22,196 nucleotides of DNA from a virus. Its lineage: Duplodnaviria > Heunggongvirae > Uroviricota > Caudoviricetes. Made by a program: the position numbers and the translations under genes. The notes beneath the pieces are model-generated. The model ran no database searches, was not told the origin of the DNA, and saw only the letters and a list, made by a program, of their open reading frames with translations. The stretch lies in IMG/VR virus record IMGVR_UViG_2703718769_000014; one strand, written 5' to 3'. Below are positions 16,373-22,196 of this stretch, piece after piece; positions within the stretch are counted from its first letter, which is position 1; each line of letters starts with the position of its first letter.

Positions 16373-17408
16373 CAGGCTGCGGCATTTTGTCCGCGCCGGG
16401 CTTCGCTCACTGTTCAGGCCGGAGCCACAGACCGCCGTTGAATGGGCGGATGCTAATTACTATCTCCCGAAAGAATCCGCATACCAGGAAGGGCGCTGGG
16501 AAACACTGCCCTTTCAGCGGGCCATCATGAATGCGATGGGCAGCGACTACATCCGCGAGGTGAATGTGGTGAAGTCTGCCCGTGTTGGTTATTCCAAAAT
16601 GCTGTTGGGTGTTTATGCCTACTTCATAGAGCATAAGCAGCGCAACACACTTATCTGGTTGCCGACGGATGGTGATGCCGAGAACTTTATGAAAACCCAC
16701 GTTGAGCCGACCATCCGCGATATTCCGTTGCTGCTGGCGCTGGCTCCGTGGTATGGCAAAAAGCACCGGGATAACACGCTCACCATGAAGCGTTTTTCCA
16801 ATGGTCGTGGCTTCTGGTGCCTGGGCGGTAAAGCGGCAAAAAACTACCGTGAAAAGTCGGTGGATGTGGCGGGTTATGATGAACTTGCTGCCTTTGATGA
16901 GGATATTGAACAGGAAGGCTCTCCGACGTTCCTTGGCGACAAACGTATTGAAGGCTCGGTCTGGCCAAAGTCCATCCGTGGCTCCACCCCCAAAGTGAGA
17001 GGCACCTGCCAGATTGAGCGTGCAGCCAGTGAATCCCCGCATTTTATGCGTTTTCATGTTGCCTGTCCGCACTGCGGGGAGGAGCAGTACCTTAAATTTG
17101 GCGATAAAGAGACGTCGTTTGGCCTCAAATGGACGCCGGATGATCCCTCCAGCGTGTTTTATCTCTGCGAACATAATGCCTGCGTCATCCGCCAGCAGGA
17201 ACTGGACTTCACTGATGCCCGTTATATCTGCGAAAAGACCGGGATCTGGACCCGTGATGGCATTCTCTGGTTTTCGTCATCCGGTGAAGAGATTGAGCCG
17301 CCGGACAGCGTGACCTTTCACATCTGGACGGCGTACAGCCCGTTCACCACCTGGGTGCAGATTGTCAAAGACTGGATGAAAACGAAAGGGGATACCTTCT
17401 GCCCGTAA
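16347..17408 (+). pseudogene. A: Terminase large subunit A, truncated after about 350 of 641 codons
   Basis: Translation follows recalled lambda gpA from MNISNSQVNRLRHFVRAGLRSLFRPEPQTAVEWADANYYLPKESAY to ...[11 protein letters not shown], then diverges (FCP*) at the junction with the tail-fibre fragment. Confidence 0.9.
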
Positions 17409-17409
17409 G

Positions 17410-18594
17410 GTGAATGGTAAGGCGCTTTCAGCGGATATAACACTGACGCCGAAAGATATTGGTACGCTTAACTCAACAACAATGTCATTCAGCGGTGGTG
17501 CTGGTTGGTTCAAATTAGCAACGGTAACCATGCCACAGGCGAGTTCTGTTGTTTCAATTACGTTGATTGGTGGCGCGGGATTTAACGTGGGGTCACCTCA
17601 ACAGGCAGGTATATCTGAACTTGTTTTGCGTGCAGGTAATGGTAATCCGAAGGGGATTACTGGTGCTTTATGGCAGCGCACATCGACAGGGTTTACAAAT
17701 TTTGCCTGGGTCAATACATCTGGTGATACTTACGATATTTACGTTGCAATCGGAAATTATGCGACTGGTGTAAATATTCAATGGGATTATACCAGTAATG
17801 CCAGCGTGACGATTCATACGTCACCAGCATATTCTGCTAATAAGCCGGAAGGGTTAACGGACGGTACAGTTTATTCACTCTATACGCCATCAGAGCAGTT
17901 TTATCCGCCTGGCGCACCAATCCCGTGGCCATCAGATACCGTTCCGTCTGGCTATGCCCTGATGCAGGGGCAGACTTTTGACAAATCTGCATACCCGAAA
18001 CTTGCAGCCGCTTATCCGTCAGCCGTGATCCCTGATATGCGTGGCTGGACGATTAAGGGCAAACCCGCCAGTGGTCGTGCCGTATTGTCTCAGGAACAGG
18101 ACGGCATTAAATCGCACACCCACAGCGCCAGCGCATCCAGTACGGATTTGGGGACGAAAAACACATCGTCGTTTGATTACGGAACCAAATCCACGAATAA
18201 CACCGGGGCGCATACCCATAGTATTAGCGGGACTGCAAATAGTGCCGGTGCGCACCAACACAAGAGTTCCGGTGCATTTGGTGGCACGAACACGAGCATT
18301 TTCCCTAATGGTTATACCGCGATTTCAAATCTAAGCGCGGGGATTATGAGCACAACAAGCGGTAGTGGCCAGACTCGTAATGCAGGGAAGACATCATCAG
18401 ATGGTGCTCATACCCACTCGCTGTCCGGCACTGCTGCAAGCGCAGGCGCACATGCACATACTGTCGGTATTGGTGCTCATACGCACTCCGTTGCGATTGG
18501 CTCACACGGACACACCATCACCGTTAACGCTGCTGGTAACGCGGAAAACACCGTCAAAAACATCGCATTTAACTATATTGTGAGGCTTGCATAA
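17410..18594 (+). pseudogene. stf: Side tail fibre (Stf) C-terminal fragment with His-x-His repeat region; no proper start
   Basis: Frame opens right after the truncated A gene; contains repeated GAHTHS / GAHAHT / GSHGHT motifs typical of the distal part of lambda/T4-type long tail fibres; followed by tfa with an ATAATG overlap. Confidence 0.8.
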
Positions 18595-19175
18595 TGGCAT
18601 TCAGAATGAGTGAACAACCACGGACCATAAAAATTTATAATCTGCTGGCCGGAACTAATGAATTTATTGGTGAAGGTGATGCATATATTCCGCCTCATAC
18701 AGGTCTGCCAGCAAACAGTACCGATATTGCACCGCCAGATATTCCGGCTGGCTTCGTGGCTGTTTTCAACAGTGATGAGTCATCGTGGCATCTTGTTGAA
18801 GACCATCGGGGTAAAACAGTTTATGACGTGGCATCAGGGGACGCGTTATTTATTTCTGAACTCGGCTCATTACCGGAAAATGTTACCTGGTTATCCCCGG
18901 AAGGGGAGTTTCAGAAGTGGAACGGCACAGCCTGGGTGAAGGATACGGAAGCAGAAAAACTGTTCCGGATCCGGGAGGTGGAAGAAACAAAAAACAGCCT
19001 GATGCAGGTAGCCAGTGAGCATATAGCGCCGCTTCAGGATGCTGTGGATCTGGAAATCGCAACGGAGGAAGAAACCTTGTTGCTGGAAGCCTGGAAAAAG
19101 TATCGGGTATTGCTGAACCGTGTTGATACGTCAACTGCACAGGATATTGAATGGCCAGTAGCACCTATAGGGTAA
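18594..19175 (+). CDS. tfa: Tail fibre assembly protein Tfa
   Basis: 193-aa [65 protein letters not shown]... matching recalled lambda Tfa. Confidence 0.9.
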   Translation: MAFRMSEQPRTIKIYNLLAGTNEFIGEGDAYIPPHTGLPANSTDIAPPDIPAGFVAVFNSDESSWHLVEDHRGKTVYDVASGDALFISELGSLPENVTWLSPEGEFQKWNGTAWVKDTEAEKLFRIREVEETKNSLMQVASEHIAPLQDAVDLEIATEEETLLLEAWKKYRVLLNRVDTSTAQDIEWPVAPIG

Positions 19176-19267
19176 ATTCGTAATGATTACCTAAATACGT
19201 TATTCTTTTGTTCAAAAAGTGATTTTGCTATAGATAGGGAGTATGTTCTTGGATTAAGAATAAAAAT

Positions 19268-19290
19268 CGCCATGAAAGAGCTTCATGGCG
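19268..19290 (-). terminator. Perfect 9-bp stem hairpin CGCCATGAA-AGAGC-TTCATGGCG with a T-run on the minus strand
   Basis: Inverted repeat seen directly; the minus-strand RNA would end in a U-tract (ATTTTTATT), implying a leftward transcript from the AT-rich tract. Confidence 0.4.
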
Positions 19291-20033
19291 AGTACATAAA
19301 CGTACAAAATGTGATGAAAGTAGAGTGGCGTAAGCCACTATATTAAGATGTGACAATAGCGAAGAAAAGTAAATAACATTTTATGGACGTTTAATTGTTA
19401 ATTATAAAAACTAGAGTGCCCGATATTGTTTACCTTGCTTTAAAATAATGTACTCAAACCAAATTTTTGAGCTAAAAGCTCAAATAATATAAATGCAATA
19501 ATAATGTTTAATAAGACAATTAGCTTGCTTTGTATTTTCATTTCGGAATACTGTTAAGTAACTTTGATGACCCTAACAATAGATCGGAATTTTCTTAGAG
19601 TCAATGGTCACTGTTTTTGCTTGCAAAGCAAATGTTTTGGTGGTTATAAGTTGTCTTAATATAGTCACGCATGCAACTTGTTCCATGCGGAGATTAAAGA
19701 TTGGAATATAACGCTAAGATGGAATTAAATTACATTTGCAATAATCAATTTATTATTACTCAATAATTACCGATATTATTATTGTAAATTAATCATTAGA
19801 GTGCAAAAAGAAATGTAACGGCAAAATAAGAGGACGATAGCTGAGAAAAAAGCGTGCTTTCCCAATCTGGGGCAAATCACGTCTGAATGACACCTGAAAA
19901 CAGGTGGTAGCCTCAAGAAGGCTTGGAATATTCTTCTTTAATGTTATGTAATTCATTGATTTTTCGTGTACGATTTAAAGACATTTATTCCAAGAAAAAT
20001 TTTTAACTCTTTGATTTTTCGACTCTGTATCAT

Positions 20034-20095
20034 CGGTCTCGAAAACCGGAGTAGGGGCAACTCTACCGGGGGTTCAAATCCCCCTCTCTCCGCCA
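20034..20095 (+). tRNA. 3'-terminal 62-nt fragment of tRNA-Ser(CGA) (serU-like): anticodon loop, variable arm, T-arm, acceptor 3' strand; the 5' 28 nt are missing
   Basis: CGGTCTCGAAAACCGGAGTAGGGGCAACTCTACCGGGGGTTCAAATCCCCCTCTCTCCGCCA matches the recalled 3' part of E. coli serU; upstream sequence does not encode the D-arm or 5' acceptor strand. Confidence 0.7.
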
Positions 20096-20679
20096 CTTTA
20101 TCAATGACTTATCTCCCGACTTCCCGCCTTGCTTTTCCTAAACAGAACAATCGTAGAATATTCTTGAAGGGTTAGATCGTCACTGTTTTCTGTTCGATAC
20201 TGTGACATTCAGCACTTGATTCGCTATGGATCTGACAGGAAGGTTTTGAGCGAAAATTTGCAGTTATTCAGTCGTTTTCTTATCGGTCACCATTATTCTT
20301 TTAGACATTGATCCTACAAAGCTGCCGCAAAGTTGGTGGTGGGAACTGAAGTTGCGTAGAGAAGGGGTCAATACCCGGAGGCAAACATGGGCTGGCAAAA
20401 GTGTAGCGGTATTAGGCGCAGCTATTTAGCCTAGTTATGTTTTATGAAAACTTGATATCATATAAGTGTCTTACTTATTGGCTGTAAATAAGTTTTTCCT
20501 AAGGAATTGTTTCTTGAGTATCATTTGTAACTGTAACGGAATTTATAATCCTTTGCTTTATTGTTACGGTATTTTTTATCACACCCTATTTTTTATGTGG
20601 TTTTTTATACTGAAGTTTGGCAAAGTGAACTTTATATGCATATACTTCATCCTGGTTTCAGTTAAGTTGGGTGGATGAT

Positions 20680-21423
20680 ATGGCAACTACATGTTCAGTT
20701 ATATTGATTTTGGAGTCCTTTGATGTTTATTTCGGAAAAGAGAGTGTGTTTCTGGAGAGAGGTTCATCTGTACTTGTCGACTCTAGCTCTAGAGATTTTT
20801 TCCTGACATATCCTGAAAGAGTGATAGTGGCGGATTTTGGCGCTGAGTTTATTAGTCGCTATTTGAAAGCTAATAACTTAAGGGATATTTCTGATTGTAG
20901 GGAATATCCATCTTATTTAAAAATAAACTTTGCTGACTTCAGTTTAATTAAAGGATTAATTAGTTGGGCTAATCACTGTGCTGAATACATAGAAATTTTT
21001 GATGAGTCTATTGCTTTTACATGTCTCTCTGCATTTTCTTCTGAAAAACAATTTGGAGTATTTCTGTTTGAATGTTTGAAAAGCACAGGGGCTAAAGTTA
21101 AAACGATTATTCATACGGATTTATCTGCACCATGGCGTCTTAAGGATATATCATCAAGATTATATCTCAGCGAAAGTTTACTAAAGAGGAAATTGAAAGA
21201 AGAGGGGGTATCATTCAGTAAGATCATACTTGATGAGAGGATGCAAATGGCTGAATATTTACTCAGCACTCGTTGTTATCCTATTAGTAAAGTAGCTAAG
21301 GTCTGTGGTTATGCCAGTGTCTCATACTTTACTTATGTATTTAGACGTTATTTTGGTGTTTCTCCAAGTCAATACTCTCAGAGCAGTTCAGAAAGTAAAA
21401 TTCTTACTCACCAGGGAATCTGA
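20680..21423 (+). CDS. AraC/XylS-family transcriptional regulator (AppY/Rns-like), AT-rich
   Basis: C-terminal dual helix-turn-helix signature (WRLKDISSRLYLSESLLKRKLKEEGVSFSKIILDERMQMA...VAKVCGYASVSYFTYVFRRYFGVSPSQY); ATG at 20680 preferred over the GTG at 20671; low GC. Confidence 0.85.
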   Translation: MATTCSVILILESFDVYFGKESVFLERGSSVLVDSSSRDFFLTYPERVIVADFGAEFISRYLKANNLRDISDCREYPSYLKINFADFSLIKGLISWANHCAEYIEIFDESIAFTCLSAFSSEKQFGVFLFECLKSTGAKVKTIIHTDLSAPWRLKDISSRLYLSESLLKRKLKEEGVSFSKIILDERMQMAEYLLSTRCYPISKVAKVCGYASVSYFTYVFRRYFGVSPSQYSQSSSESKILTHQGI

Positions 21424-21464
21424 TCATTGTTCTTGCCCCCTTATTTCCAGACAGGGGGTGTATC

Positions 21465-21932
21465 TTAAGTTAACGTTACCCGCTGACGTCGATATTCTCG
21501 CGGAGAGCGATAACCCAACGCACTGTGCGGATGGTTTTCATTGTAATGTTCGATCGCCACTGCAAGATTATGCAATGCCGTTCTTACATTCGGTTTCGGC
21601 ATGAACGCGATGTAGTCTTCCTTCATCGTTTTCACGAACCTTTCTGCCATTCCATTACTCTGAGGACTGCTGATTGCCGTTGTGCAGGGCTCCAGATTCA
21701 ACTCTCTGGCGAACTGCCATGTTTCATGCGCTCTATACGCTGAACCGTTATCTGTCAGCCACTGGATGGACTGTTCCGGTACTTTATCGCCAAAGCGTTT
21801 TTCTATCGCTCCTAACATGACATCCTGCACTGTCGCTTTATCGTAACCTCCCGTGCTTGCGGCCCAGTCTATGGCTTCACGATCGCAACAGTCCAGGGCG
21901 AACGTAACACGCAGTTTTGAATCGCCACGGGT
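21465..21932 (-). pseudogene. IS2-group (IS3 family) transposase orfB, C-terminal fragment
   Basis: Frame reads ...[76 protein letters not shown]...[14 protein letters not shown], resembling the recalled IS2 InsD C-terminal half; no N-terminal part, and the frame is closed by a stop at 21933. Confidence 0.75.
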
Positions 21933-21980
21933 TTAACAGACACCTCAGAGTCATTTAAGATGGCTTAAAGAGAGGTGCCC

Positions 21981-22126
21981 ATGAGCGGTAAGCGTTATCC
22001 CGAAGAGTTTAAAACTGAAGCAGTCAAACAGGTTGTTGATCGCGGTTATTCTGTTGCCAGCGTTGCAACACGTCTCGATATCACCACCCACAGCCTTTAT
22101 GCCTGGATAAAGAAGTACGGTCCGGA
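21981..22126 (+). pseudogene. IS3-family transposase orfA, N-terminal fragment (helix-turn-helix region)
   Basis: MSGKRYPEEFKTEAVKQVVDRGYSVASVATRLDITTHSLYAWIKKYGPD is a typical IS3-family OrfA N-terminus; the frame then leaves transposase-like sequence at the junction with the integrase 3' end. Confidence 0.7.
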
Positions 22127-22129
22127 TTA

Positions 22130-22196
22130 CTCCACTTTTTCATCAAGCCAATCCGCCCACCACTGCATCATTTCTCTGCGCTTATCGAGATACTGA
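22130..22196 (-). CDS. C-terminal end of a P4-type tyrosine integrase; gene continues beyond the window
   Basis: Minus-strand translation ends ...QYLDKRREMMQWWADWLDEKVE* (stop at 22127-22129), resembling the conserved MMQWWADYLD C-terminal motif of P4-family integrases. Confidence 0.5.

Larger units (their letters stand above)
1323..19175. mobile_element. Defective lambdoid prophage (lambda / DLP12-like mosaic) integrated at att-lambda; left end at attL, right boundary not identifiable in this window
   Basis: attL, int, xis, exo remnant, ren remnant, nin-type genes, Q, lysis cassette, bor, cos, nu1, truncated A, stf fragment, tfa in lambda order. Immunity/replication and head/tail modules are absent. 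Confidence 0.85.
21465..22126. mobile_element. Nested IS3-family remnants: IS2-group orfB fragment interrupted by the left end of a second IS3-family element
   Basis: See the two pseudogene entries below; neither element is complete. Confidence 0.6.

Noticed and set aside
16407-17174. 255-aa minus-strand ORF
   Set aside because: Antisense to the terminase A coding sequence, which matches lambda gpA residue by residue; no independent start signals.
17410-18594. Short periodic repeats, considered as a possible CRISPR or tandem-repeat array
   Set aside because: The periodicity is the in-frame GAHTHS-type amino-acid repeat of a tail-fibre gene; no direct repeats with unique spacers and no cas genes anywhere in the window.
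19966-20175. 69-aa plus-strand ORF
   Set aside because: It reads straight through the tRNA-Ser 3' fragment; the tRNA-derived identity explains this sequence better than a coding call.
20599-20620. Lambda-core-like motif GGTTTTTTATACTGAAGTTTGG as a possible attR
   Set aside because: Only 11 contiguous core bases match, with indels in the overlap region; the flanking gene is an AraC regulator rather than the expected chromosomal att-lambda neighbour. Probably a chance AT-rich promoter sequence.
20466-20678. 70-aa plus-strand ORF just upstream of the AraC-family gene
   Set aside because: Extremely AT-rich, Phe/Ile/Leu/Tyr/Cys-dominated translation with no start context; more likely the promoter/leader region of the regulator gene.

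Overview
Enterobacterial (E. coli-like) chromosome carrying the left end of a defective lambdoid prophage inserted at the lambda attachment site. All family and gene assignments below come from reading the translated ORFs and from recalled lambda / K-12 DLP12 sequence; no database search was run. Layout: ybhC (1-1284, chromosomal) | attL with the 15-bp lambda core GCTTTTTTATACTAA (1323-1337) | lambda-type int and xis | exo-xis region with small ORFs (TraR/orf73-like, orf60a/orf63-like) plus an AT-rich cargo insert (142-aa protein, 204-aa Cys-rich secreted protein) | N-terminally truncated exo fused to a ren 3' fragment, meaning the whole bet-gam-N-cI-cro-O-P immunity and replication block is deleted | AT-rich cargo: small membrane protein and a translationally coupled pair of outer-membrane lipoproteins, the second SlyB-like | nin-type block (ylcH-like, ybcN/NinB-like, ninE, ybcO, rusA, ylcG) | Q antiterminator | convergent NmpC-type porin | tR'-like terminator | phage-21-type pinholin and SAR endolysin with lambda-type Rz/Rz1 | bor and lambda right-arm small ORFs | intact cos | nu1 | terminase A truncated at about codon 350 and abutting a C-terminal side-tail-fibre fragment | tfa | about 850 bp of AT-rich ORF-free DNA | 62-nt 3' fragment of tRNA-Ser(CGA) | AT-rich AraC-family regulator | nested IS3-family remnants | C-terminal end of a P4-type integrase running off the window. 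The best candidates for an undescribed system are the two non-lambda cargo inserts at known lambdoid hotspots: the lipoprotein operon at the ren/nin junction (7011-8468) and the exo-xis cargo (2893-4700). Neither can be assigned a function from sequence alone.
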